Under the pieces are notes generated by a model, which saw only the letters and a program-made list of their open reading frames with translations, had not been told where the DNA came from and searched no databases. A stretch of 64,000 bases of DNA. Origin: a virus. The position numbers and the translations under genes were made by a program. The DNA lies in the IMG/VR virus record IMGVR_UViG_3300008110_000034, positions 96,001-160,000 of that record. One strand, written 5' to 3'. This document shows positions 10,190 to 18,409 of this stretch, one piece after another; positions within the stretch are counted from its first letter, which is position 1; each line of letters begins with the position of its first letter.

Positions 10190-10560
10190 GTTAGCGGGCC
10201 AGTTTGTAATACCGCTGTGGAAAAACCGACGTAAGAAATCGGACACGTAACATATTGATGCACTCCCGTGGAGTTAATCCACTATCCTGAAAAATTGGAA
10301 GCGAGTCAGAGGGTTCGAACCATATGCCCAACGCATTGATATAGTATGAATGTTAGCATACGAAAAACCGTGCTATAAAAACTTAGACACTAGGAACGAG
10401 GTCTAAGGCGCTTTTTAAGCGTATCGACGTAGGTTGGGAAAGGTCAGAGCCCATTAGTACACGGTAAAAACACCTACTTCCACGTATGGCTGGGGCAACT
10501 CACATGAAAATTGGAACCTGTAGGAGGTTCCGTTTGACCTAAACAATCTACATGAATTTT
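10190..10560 (+). ncRNA. Putative large structured non-coding RNA (family unassigned)
   Basis: No ORF of 60 aa or more in 10189-10680. At least ten helices found by eye, e.g. 10193-97/10212-16, 10252-61/10333-42 (tandem G-U), 10268-72/10278-82, 10344-48/10357-61, 10382-88/10401-07, 10429-34/10472-77, 10513-19/10525-31. Boundaries approximate. Confidence 0.6.
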
Positions 10561-10565
10561 AAACA

Positions 10566-10653
10566 GTTATCACATACGTGATAACTTCTAATTATATCAT
10601 TAAATAAAGAAAAGCTCGAGCGTTAGCGAAGAGCAGATGAACGCAGTTCATCT
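10566..10653. repeat. Cluster of short inverted repeats
   Basis: GTTATCAC-atac-GTGATAAC (10566-10585), GCTC...GAGC (10614-10634), AGATGAAC-gca-GTTCATCT (10635-10653). Confidence 0.7.
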
Positions 10654-10680
10654 TAAATCATTCTAAATAAATAAAATATC

Positions 10681-10980
10681 ATGAGAATTTCTGATCTTAT
10701 CGCTGAAGCTGGTCCTACTAGTTATGTACCCGCTAGTCCTGGAAGCCCTATTGTGGTGCCTACTCCACTAACACCACCAGCTACACCTACACCAAGTCCT
10801 AGTGCGCCTGCACCAACACCTTCAGGTCCTGATCCTGATAAAAGAGCAGAACGTCGCAGTAAGGTAGAGCGAGGTAGAAAAATACAGAGAAAAATACAGT
10901 CAGGTAAAAATTATCTAATTGATCTAATTCAAGAACGTAGGAACGAGCCTGCATACAATAAGCTGGGCAGAGCTATTTAA
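10681..10980 (+). CDS. Hypothetical Pro-rich protein (probable N-terminal part of a frameshifted gene)
   Basis: MRISDLIAEA start preceded by TAAATA; Pro/Thr-rich tract; the -1 frame opens at 10962 and continues into the next ORF. Confidence 0.55.
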   Translation: MRISDLIAEAGPTSYVPASPGSPIVVPTPLTPPATPTPSPSAPAPTPSGPDPDKRAERRSKVERGRKIQRKIQSGKNYLIDLIQERRNEPAYNKLGRAI

Positions 10981-11066
10981 GATGGCTAGTTCGTGCGTTT
11001 GGTCTAGTAGAAACTGCTGCCACTGGCGGTCTCGGAATTGGATTATTAATTGCTTCTGAAATTGCT

Positions 11067-11423
11067 ATGACTTATTTTATGACTTGGGCCACCAGTGATG
11101 AAGGCAAGAAAACTATAGCAGAGATTATTACCTATCCAATCATTGGAGATATTAAAGCCAGCGATGCAATTGGCTTCCTAGCAACTGCACCAATTGACAA
11201 AGTCAAATCACTATTCAGTACATGGACTAAGAGTGATGCAAAGCCTAACAAGCCTGGAGATCCTGCAAAACCAGATCAAGGACAGGGAACACAGCCAGCT
11301 GATGGTAAATGGAAACCTAATGGTCCTAAACCAGATCCTGCTAAACCCGGAGAACCAGGTTCCTACAGTCAGTTTGCAACAGATCCAGAACTGAAAAAAG
11401 CTCTACAGGCTGCTGGTCTTTAA
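11067..11423 (+). CDS. Hypothetical protein (probable C-terminal part of the same gene)
   Basis: Frame is open from 10962 and encodes a hydrophobic, protein-like stretch before ATG 11067; no Shine-Dalgarno evident at 11067. Confidence 0.5.
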   Translation: MTYFMTWATSDEGKKTIAEIITYPIIGDIKASDAIGFLATAPIDKVKSLFSTWTKSDAKPNKPGDPAKPDQGQGTQPADGKWKPNGPKPDPAKPGEPGSYSQFATDPELKKALQAAGL

Positions 11424-11644
11424 ATTAAAGGAAGACCAGCTTCTTGGCTGGCTTTGAGATTTTCATCAATGATGTTGGCCAGTATTTCTCTATCTTCATA
11501 ACTGTAGAGATAGAACAGGTCAGTGCTGCTGACACCTCCCCGCATATACCAACTTATTCTAAAAATTTCGTGTTTTATCTGCTTGATTTGATTTTCAAAG
11601 CGGCTGATCAGTTTTTCAATGTCAGAGTTTGATTTAGTGATCAA
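11420..11644 (-). CDS. Small tail/baseplate assembly protein; probable -1 frameshift extension of the upstream gene
   Basis: TTG start with no evident RBS; in the -1 frame relative to 11641..12465, right after a slippery run; FRISWYMRGGVS...YSYEDREIL motif. Confidence 0.55.
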   Translation of the reverse strand: MITKSNSDIEKLISRFENQIKQIKHEIFRISWYMRGGVSSTDLFYLYSYEDREILANIIDENLKASQEAGLPLI

Positions 11645-12465
11645 GCTTGATCGAAAAAATTTGCTTGATCCAATGTGATTTCAAGATCTACTTGATGTCC
11701 GCAATTAGAACACTTAGCAGGAAATTTAGGAATCTCTAATGCTGCCTGTGCTCGATCAAAGAATTCAGTGACCTTGGCAAACAGTTCTCTATCTGAATTT
11801 CTAATCCATTCAGTAATGTGTTCAACATTATCAACAACATTTTCTAATGTTTCTACACTTTCTATACGAGCAATTATAGATTCAGCTTTGATTGCAGCCA
11901 TTTCTTCGTAGACTGTATCAACAATTTTTTGCTGTTCTTCTTGATCTTGAAGTTCTAGTGCTTGATATAATTGCCTACGAATTGCAAAATTTCTTAGATT
12001 AATTTCGGTGATTTGTTTGTAATTTAAAGGTCTAATATTAATTTTTATAGGGTCAATTATTAGAGTATTTTCTGCTTTAATGGCGCCTAAATGATCAATT
12101 ATTGTTTTCAAATCAGCTTCGTAACTATTTTCATGCTGGCATTCACTACAGGTATGATCTATAGTCATTTTGTCCCCATAGGTTGCAATTCTAATGGCCA
12201 CTAATAATAATTCTAGATCAAGACTAGGAACATTCCAAGCACTTTTAATATAAGGACAACAGCTTTCTATAATTTTTACAGTAGCCTCACCGTTCAACAG
12301 CGCATCAGGGGTTTTGGCTAATACTTCATCCATGCCTGTCATGCCCATAATTGGTACATTATTAGAATCGCCGATAAACGAACCATTAGGATAATACATG
12401 CCTCTGCTGGGCAGTGACACAAATACTTTAGGTTGTCTAAAGTATTTTTGTAGCGGATTACTCAT
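11641..12465 (-). CDS. Baseplate hub assembly protein / tail chaperone (gp26/gp51-like)
   Basis: NPLQKYFRQP...LPSRG.YYP start, LLVAIRIATYG, two CxxC pairs (CSEC, CSNC), ends NFF; divergent from the tape measure gene. Confidence 0.7.
   Translation of the reverse strand: MSNPLQKYFRQPKVFVSLPSRGMYYPNGSFIGDSNNVPIMGMTGMDEVLAKTPDALLNGEATVKIIESCCPYIKSAWNVPSLDLELLLVAIRIATYGDKMTIDHTCSECQHENSYEADLKTIIDHLGAIKAENTLIIDPIKINIRPLNYKQITEINLRNFAIRRQLYQALELQDQEEQQKIVDTVYEEMAAIKAESIIARIESVETLENVVDNVEHITEWIRNSDRELFAKVTEFFDRAQAALEIPKFPAKCSNCGHQVDLEITLDQANFFDQA
11653..11662 (-). promoter_or_regulatory. Putative -1 ribosomal frameshift site (A AAT TTT TTC)
   Basis: Minus strand reads GCA AAT TTT TTC GAT CAA GCT TGA, with overlapping X XXY YYZ heptamers; the -1 frame stays open to 11420. 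Confidence 0.55.
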
Positions 12466-12478
12466 TTTTTACTCCAGA

Positions 12479-12506
12479 TAAATATAATACGAGTATTTAT
12501 ATACTC
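12479..12506. promoter_or_regulatory. Overlapping opposed late promoters with a small palindrome
   Basis: TAAATA on + (12479-84), TAAATA on - (12494-99), GAGTAT-ttat-ATACTC (12491-12506), all in the 60 bp gap between divergent genes. Confidence 0.55.
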
Positions 12507-12525
12507 ATATTTTAGGAAAAAATAA

Positions 12526-14877
12526 ATGCCTTTAGACCGCGGCGACATAGACATTATAAGCGAAGCATTTAAACGTGCTATGAAAGATGGCGGGCCGTCA
12601 ATGCCTTCGGCTCCGTCTGTTCCAGGCGGAAAACCTCCTTCGCAGTGGACCAAAACAATAGATGCAGTAGGCGGTGAATTACTAGGATTAGGTAAAGCAG
12701 CTACTGGTATTGCGTCTGAAGGATTTGGCAAAATGCTGCAGGGCGGCGTTAAAGTATCTGATGGATTTAACATTGTCAGTCAAAATCTTATAGCATCAGA
12801 CAGCCACATAGGTAAAGCACTTGGCGGTATAGCAAAAGTGGGCGGTAACATTGTTACTTCGCTTGAAGACACTATAACCACATTAGACGGACTCAGTAAC
12901 ACCGGTGCTTCTTTTGGAAATAGTCTAGTAGAATTAAGAATGGCCAGTGCAGGTACAAGATTACCTCTTAGAGAGTTTAGTGAGGTAATTGCTAAGAACA
13001 GTACAGCATTTGCAAAACTACCAGGTGGTGTTAATGAAGGAGCAAAGTTATTTGCTAAAGCTAGTGAGGAGATGTTTGACAAAAGCGGTCTAATTGATAA
13101 TTTGACCAAAATGGGATATACCTCTACAGATTTGAACAGTATCCTAAGCTACACAATTAGTCAACAAAAACGCTTAAATTTAAATGACGCTGAAGCAACA
13201 GCTAATGCTATAAAACAAGCAGAATCATTAGCGTTTGAGATGGATGCTATTGCCAAGATAACAGGCAAAAGTCGTAAAGAACAAGAAGACGAGTTAAGAA
13301 AACAAAAAGAAAACGGACAAGTAAGAGCAGCAGTTGACCTTGCCTTAAGAAAAGGTGGCGAAGGTGTAAAAACAGCATTTGATTCTATGACCGCAGCCAG
13401 TAAAATAGCAGGACCAGACTTTGCTAAACTACAAGAACAGATGTTTGCTATGGGTCGTCCTTCTAAAGACATGGCAGAAAAGTTCGCTATGGCCGGAGGT
13501 GAAGCTCAAAGATTAATGAAAGCATCAGCTGATGCAGCTAAACGCGGCGACGAAGCTACTGCTAAACGTCTGACACAAGAAGCTGCTATAGCCTACGCTG
13601 CGAATCAAAGATCAGAAGCTATGATGACTCTAGCATCGCAAGGAAATCAGTCTGCTATAGAATCTAATCAGAATGTAGCAGCGTTTTCTGATCGGATGGC
13701 AGCTACTGCTAAAGAACTTAAAGTTGATCTTAACACTCGAGAAGGTCAAAGAAAAGTTTTAGAAAAGATTAATGCAGATACTGCTAAAGAGCAAAAGTCA
13801 AACGGCGACGGTGTAACTAGGACAACAAAAGCTGTAACCAACAATCTAAACGATCTTTCTGCAGGCGTACAAAAAGCAACTTACGGACAATTACAGAATA
13901 ACAAAGTTATTGGCAAAGCATTTGACGATTATTACAAGACTCTAGATGCTGCAAAAGGTAAAGATAATAAAATACGAGCAGAAGCCGAACAAAAAACTGA
14001 TAAAGCACTTACAAACTTGTTAGGTATGATTTCTGATCAAAGACCAGACAGTAAATCAATGATAGACGCAATACAAAAGGGGCTAGCTGAGTCAAAAGAA
14101 CGAGGTACAGGACTAACTGCTGACTCTGCAGAGATGAGAGGCTTACTGGCGTTCTTGAAAAATGATAAAAGTAAAGATGCATTAATGGCTACAATGGAAA
14201 AACAAGCCAAGGCTCAAAATATGGATACTAATAAGTATCTTCAAAACATATTAGCACAAGGTCCTGGTGCAACTAAACAACTTGTTGACGCTGCTCTATC
14301 TGAAAGTAACAGACGGACTGCCGAAGAGCAAAGAAAAGCTCGACAGACTCCTGGAGAAAGTAGATTAGAAGACGTTCAAAATAGACGAAGAAAGAAAGAA
14401 GAAGCGGCTGCTGAGGAAGCAGAAGGTGGCGGAGATACAGTGTCGTCACTTATGAGACTAGCAACTGGCAATCAAGGATTAAACGTTCGAGTATTAAGTA
14501 TGCCAGGAATGCCTCAAAGACAAAACGGATCTGTAGGCAGTGTAGGTAAACTTATAGAAGATTTTGGCTCAGGTACTATGGCAATGCTGCACGGTAAAGA
14601 AACTGTTATGACTGAAAATCAATTGGCTAATCTTGCCAAGGGTATTAGTAAAATGAATATGGCCGAAGTGCCTCAGCCTACCAAAAAGGCAGATACGCCA
14701 TCAGAAACAACTGCAATAAATTCTGGAACTGCTACTCTTAACGACCTCAATACATCACTACAAAGCTTAAATATGCTAATGGCACAGATGCTTTCAAGTA
14801 CTAATAACATGGTCGACAATACTAAGCGACAGATTAAAGCAACCAAAGGACTAAATGGCAACATTTACGCTAGATAA
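12526..14877 (+). CDS. Tape-measure-like tail protein
   Basis: 783 aa, Ala/Lys/Gln-rich and predicted helical; C-terminal FGSGTMAMLHGKETV motif; beside the hub chaperone gene. Confidence 0.65.
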   Translation: MPLDRGDIDIISEAFKRAMKDGGPSMPSAPSVPGGKPPSQWTKTIDAVGGELLGLGKAATGIASEGFGKMLQGGVKVSDGFNIVSQNLIASDSHIGKALGGIAKVGGNIVTSLEDTITTLDGLSNTGASFGNSLVELRMASAGTRLPLREFSEVIAKNSTAFAKLPGGVNEGAKLFAKASEEMFDKSGLIDNLTKMGYTSTDLNSILSYTISQQKRLNLNDAEATANAIKQAESLAFEMDAIAKITGKSRKEQEDELRKQKENGQVRAAVDLALRKGGEGVKTAFDSMTAASKIAGPDFAKLQEQMFAMGRPSKDMAEKFAMAGGEAQRLMKASADAAKRGDEATAKRLTQEAAIAYAANQRSEAMMTLASQGNQSAIESNQNVAAFSDRMAATAKELKVDLNTREGQRKVLEKINADTAKEQKSNGDGVTRTTKAVTNNLNDLSAGVQKATYGQLQNNKVIGKAFDDYYKTLDAAKGKDNKIRAEAEQKTDKALTNLLGMISDQRPDSKSMIDAIQKGLAESKERGTGLTADSAEMRGLLAFLKNDKSKDALMATMEKQAKAQNMDTNKYLQNILAQGPGATKQLVDAALSESNRRTAEEQRKARQTPGESRLEDVQNRRRKKEEAAAEEAEGGGDTVSSLMRLATGNQGLNVRVLSMPGMPQRQNGSVGSVGKLIEDFGSGTMAMLHGKETVMTENQLANLAKGISKMNMAEVPQPTKKADTPSETTAINSGTATLNDLNTSLQSLNMLMAQMLSSTNNMVDNTKRQIKATKGLNGNIYAR

Positions 14878-14880
14878 TAT

Positions 14881-16611
14881 ATGAGTTGGAAAAAATACTT
14901 TACACCGGTACCGGCCGGATCTCAACAAGGAACCTACAGCCCTTTGACGCTGTCGTCTAATCGTGCAGGTCCAGCTAAAACTAATTACAGTTCGTACCTT
15001 CCAGATGTATACGTTGGCGCTCCTAATCGTATTGAGCGTTATCTTCAATACGATACTATGGATATGGATTCAGAGGTCAACGCAGCCTTAGATATTCTAG
15101 CAGATTTCTGTAGCCAAAAAGACAAGTCTAATCATACACCGTTTTTTATATATTATAAGAATAAAGCCACTAACACTGAAGTTAGGATTCTAAAAGAATA
15201 CCTGCAACACTGGTCAAAAATGCAAAAATTTGAGACTAGAATTTTTAGAATCATGCGAAATCTTTTTAAATTTGGAGATGTATTCTTTGTTAGAGATCCA
15301 GAAGACGGCAAATGGCACTATGTAGATGCTGGGAAAGTTGTTAAAGTTATAGTCAACGAAAGCGAAGGCAAAAAGCCCGAGCAGTATGTAGTTAAAGATT
15401 TGAATATTAATTTTCAAAACTTAGTTACAACACAAATAAGTCCAAATACAACTAGTACTAACAATAGAGGAACAGCATACGTAGCAGGTGGCGCAGCCGT
15501 TCGAGGCATGGTAGGATCTTACCCACAAAGCTCAGGTACACGATTTTTTAATAACGACAACGAATTTGCAATTGATGCAACACATGTAGTGCATCTAAGT
15601 CTTAGTGAAGGTTTAGACAATAACTTTCCTTTTGGTAATAGTTTATTAGAAAATATTTTTAAAGTTTATAAACAAAAAGAATTACTTGAAGACGCTATTA
15701 TTATCTATCGAGTGCAACGTGCTCCAGAGCGTAGAGTTTTTTATATTGATGTAGGTAACATGCCCAGTCACTTGGCCATGGGATTTGTTGAAAGAGTAAA
15801 GAACGAAATCCATCAACGAAGAATTCCTAGTCAAACTGGCGGCGGCACAAATGTTGTAGACTCGGCATATAATCCATTAAGCATCAATGAAGACTTCTTT
15901 TTCCCTCAGACTGCTGAAGGTAGAGGTTCAAAAGTAGAAACGTTACCTGGCGGCACTAACTTGGGCGAAATTGACGATTTAAAATATTTTACTAATAAAC
16001 TATTCCGCGGCTTACGTATTCCAAGTAGCTATCTACCTACTGGTGCAGACGACAGTCAAGCACAGTATAATGATGGTCGTGTGGGAACTGCTTACATACA
16101 GGAACTTAGATTTAATAGATATTGCGAACGACTACAGAGTCTAGTTCAAGATATGTTTGATCAAGAATTTAAACGATACCTACATAAGAGAGGTGTTAAT
16201 ATTGATTCTGCATTATTTGAATTAAAGTTTCAGCCTCCACAAAATTTTGCCAGCTATCGACAAGCAGAATTGGATACACAACGAATTAGTACATTTGCTC
16301 AGTTATCGCAAGTACCGTTTATGTCAAAACGTTTTGCATTAAAACGATTCTTAGGAATGAACGAAGAAGAAATTGCAGAAAACGAACGTTTATGGGCTGA
16401 AGAAAACGGTAAAGCTAATCCTATACCTACTGACAGTTCGGCAGAAATGCGGGGCGCAGGAGTAAGTCAAGCCGGCCTAAGCGCAGACATGGGCGCACTA
16501 GCAGATCAACCGGTTCCACCTGAAATGGCACCTGCAGAAGCAACACCAGCAGCAGCAGTTCCGGGCGCTGGTGCAGCACCAGCAGCACCAGCAGCTCCAC
16601 CGGCAGCATAA
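14881..16611 (+). CDS. gp20: Portal protein
   Basis: LEDAIIIYRVQRAPERRVFYIDVGNMP, EDFFFPQTAEGRGSKVETLPGG, DDLKYFTNKLFRGLRIPSS: diagnostic T4 gp20 motifs. Confidence 0.95.
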   Translation: MSWKKYFTPVPAGSQQGTYSPLTLSSNRAGPAKTNYSSYLPDVYVGAPNRIERYLQYDTMDMDSEVNAALDILADFCSQKDKSNHTPFFIYYKNKATNTEVRILKEYLQHWSKMQKFETRIFRIMRNLFKFGDVFFVRDPEDGKWHYVDAGKVVKVIVNESEGKKPEQYVVKDLNINFQNLVTTQISPNTTSTNNRGTAYVAGGAAVRGMVGSYPQSSGTRFFNNDNEFAIDATHVVHLSLSEGLDNNFPFGNSLLENIFKVYKQKELLEDAIIIYRVQRAPERRVFYIDVGNMPSHLAMGFVERVKNEIHQRRIPSQTGGGTNVVDSAYNPLSINEDFFFPQTAEGRGSKVETLPGGTNLGEIDDLKYFTNKLFRGLRIPSSYLPTGADDSQAQYNDGRVGTAYIQELRFNRYCERLQSLVQDMFDQEFKRYLHKRGVNIDSALFELKFQPPQNFASYRQAELDTQRISTFAQLSQVPFMSKRFALKRFLGMNEEEIAENERLWAEENGKANPIPTDSSAEMRGAGVSQAGLSADMGALADQPVPPEMAPAEATPAAAVPGAGAAPAAPAAPPAA

Positions 16612-16619
16612 ATATTATT

Positions 16620-16859
16620 ATGATATTGCGAGAATTATTTTATATTGATCCAGACATCAAAGGTCTTGGTAATGACATGAGATATGATCCTTCTAAGGAT
16701 GAAAGCGTACTCTCGCGACAAGACACAAGAAAAACAAGATTAACACTAAAACAAATTAATGAATTAAGAAAAAGCTCTGAACAGCATATATTAGAACAGG
16801 AAGAAGAGCTTGAATTCATTACTGACATGTACAAAGTTCCTGAAGCACCACCTGCATAA
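16620..16859 (+). CDS. Conserved small hypothetical protein in the head module
   Basis: 79 aa (DTRKTRLTLKQINELRK), preceded by TAAATA 16609-14, directly after the portal gene. Confidence 0.6.
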   Translation: MILRELFYIDPDIKGLGNDMRYDPSKDESVLSRQDTRKTRLTLKQINELRKSSEQHILEQEEELEFITDMYKVPEAPPA

Positions 16860-16866
16860 CAAATAA

Positions 16867-17442
16867 ATGAGAAGTTTTGTACTTGGAAACGGGCGCAGCC
16901 GCCTCTGCATTCAACCAGAAGAACTTAGACCCCACGGGACAATTTACGGGTGCAACGCCCTATATAGAACCTTTAACCCGGATTATCTAATAGCTGTAGA
17001 TGTTAAAATGATATTAGAAATTTCTAAAACAGGGTACCAACTAAACAATCAAGTTTGGACAAATAACAGTGCTCGATTTAAAGATATTCAAGGATTGAAC
17101 TTTTTTAAACCTAGTCTAGGATGGAGTTCTGGACCAACTGCACTGCAATTGGCCTGTACTCACGGAGCAGATGAAGTGTTTATTTTAGGGTTTGATTTTA
17201 CAGGAACCGAAACTCATTTTAATAATGTATATGCAGATACAGAAAATTATAAACGCTCTACAGATCATGCTACATACTATGGAAATTGGCTTAGACAAAC
17301 AGAAAATGTTATAAAAAAACATCCACATACAAAGTTTTATAGACTAGTTTTAGAAAAATATCACGATCCATTGTGGAAGTTTAAAAATTTTAAACACATG
17401 CAGTATTCTGAATTTCGAAGACTAATGCAAGTATGGAATTAA
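16867..17442 (+). CDS. MptE-like/DUF115 (Maf/Cst-II-like) nucleotide-binding or glycosyltransferase-like protein
   Basis: FVLGNGRSR...IYGCNALYR..PDYLIAVD...WSSGPTAL...VFILGFD pattern typical of this family. Confidence 0.5.
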   Translation: MRSFVLGNGRSRLCIQPEELRPHGTIYGCNALYRTFNPDYLIAVDVKMILEISKTGYQLNNQVWTNNSARFKDIQGLNFFKPSLGWSSGPTALQLACTHGADEVFILGFDFTGTETHFNNVYADTENYKRSTDHATYYGNWLRQTENVIKKHPHTKFYRLVLEKYHDPLWKFKNFKHMQYSEFRRLMQVWN

Positions 17443-17530
17443 AAAACTTAATTTTTACACCATTATAGTACTATTTTTTGAAATATCACGTAAATAAATC
17501 GACAGCCTTTTAACTTACAGGAGACCTAAT

Positions 17531-18397
17531 ATGACTGATCGCGCTAAATTCGAGCAGATGCTTGAATACCTAATTAACGAAGACCAAGAAAAAGCCAAAG
17601 AAATTTTTCACACTATTGTAGTAGAAAAATCTCGCGAAATCTATGAAAATCTTTTAGCAGAAGACTTTGACGATATTGAAGAAGCTAAAGATGAAGACGA
17701 CGAAGAAGTAGACGAGTCTACTGGCGACGAAGACGACGAAGAAATGGAAGAAAATTTTGCGTTTGACGAAGCAGGCGACGACATGGAAATGAGCATGGAC
17801 GACGAAGATGATGATTCAATGGATGCTACAGATGATTTCATGGGCGATATTGAAGCAGGCGACGACATGGACGGCGAAGGCGATGTAGAAGATCGCGTAC
17901 AAGATTTAGAAGATGCTCTAGAAGATCTAAAAGCAGAATTTGAAAAACTAATGTCCGATGACGACATGGGTGACGACATGGGCGGTGACGACATGGGCGA
18001 CGACGACATGGATATGGGCATGGACGACGAAGAAGATTCAAAAATGGAAGATGATATGTTTATGCGTGAGTACGTAGAAAAAGTACCAGCAGGACATGGC
18101 GCTGAAAAGAAAGGCGCAGGCGAAAAAGCTGACAACACAAAAAGCATTGTAGCTGGTAAAAATAATATGGGCGGAACAACTGCTAATATTACAAAAGGCG
18201 GAGTAGAACCTGAAAGTGCAAGCACCAAAGGTGGACTATTAAATCCTTCAACCAAAGAAAACAATGCAGGTAATGTTAACACTCCAGGCAGCAAAAGTGC
18301 TACCAAGTGGAACAATACCAAAGGTCACGGCGCAGAAAAAAAGGGCGCAGGTGAAGTAGGCGGAACAAATACAAAAAGTATTATTGGCCGCCGTTAA
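17531..18397 (+). CDS. Acidic prohead core/scaffold protein (gp67/gp68-like position)
   Basis: Very Asp/Glu/Met-rich; SD GGAG; TAAATA at 17491-96; immediately upstream of the protease gene. Confidence 0.6.
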   Translation: MTDRAKFEQMLEYLINEDQEKAKEIFHTIVVEKSREIYENLLAEDFDDIEEAKDEDDEEVDESTGDEDDEEMEENFAFDEAGDDMEMSMDDEDDDSMDATDDFMGDIEAGDDMDGEGDVEDRVQDLEDALEDLKAEFEKLMSDDDMGDDMGGDDMGDDDMDMGMDDEEDSKMEDDMFMREYVEKVPAGHGAEKKGAGEKADNTKSIVAGKNNMGGTTANITKGGVEPESASTKGGLLNPSTKENNAGNVNTPGSKSATKWNNTKGHGAEKKGAGEVGGTNTKSIIGRR

Positions 18398-18409
18398 TAG
18401 GATCGTTAG

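Noticed and set aside
10311-10329. GGGTTCGAACC resembles a tRNA T-arm
   Set aside because: No acceptor stem, D-arm or anticodon arm at the right spacing and no CCA; treated as a T-loop-like motif inside the larger RNA.
9724-10560. Group I intron carrying a GIY-YIG homing endonuclease
   Set aside because: No interrupted host gene on either side, and I could not find the P7/J8-7 core consensus.
17641-18321. 226-aa antisense ORF, plus the other antisense or overlapping ORFs in the track (e.g. 29614..30324, 1214..1537, 51201..51593)
   Set aside because: Shadows of low-complexity or biased-codon genes on the opposite strand; Ser/Val-rich with no motifs or RBS.
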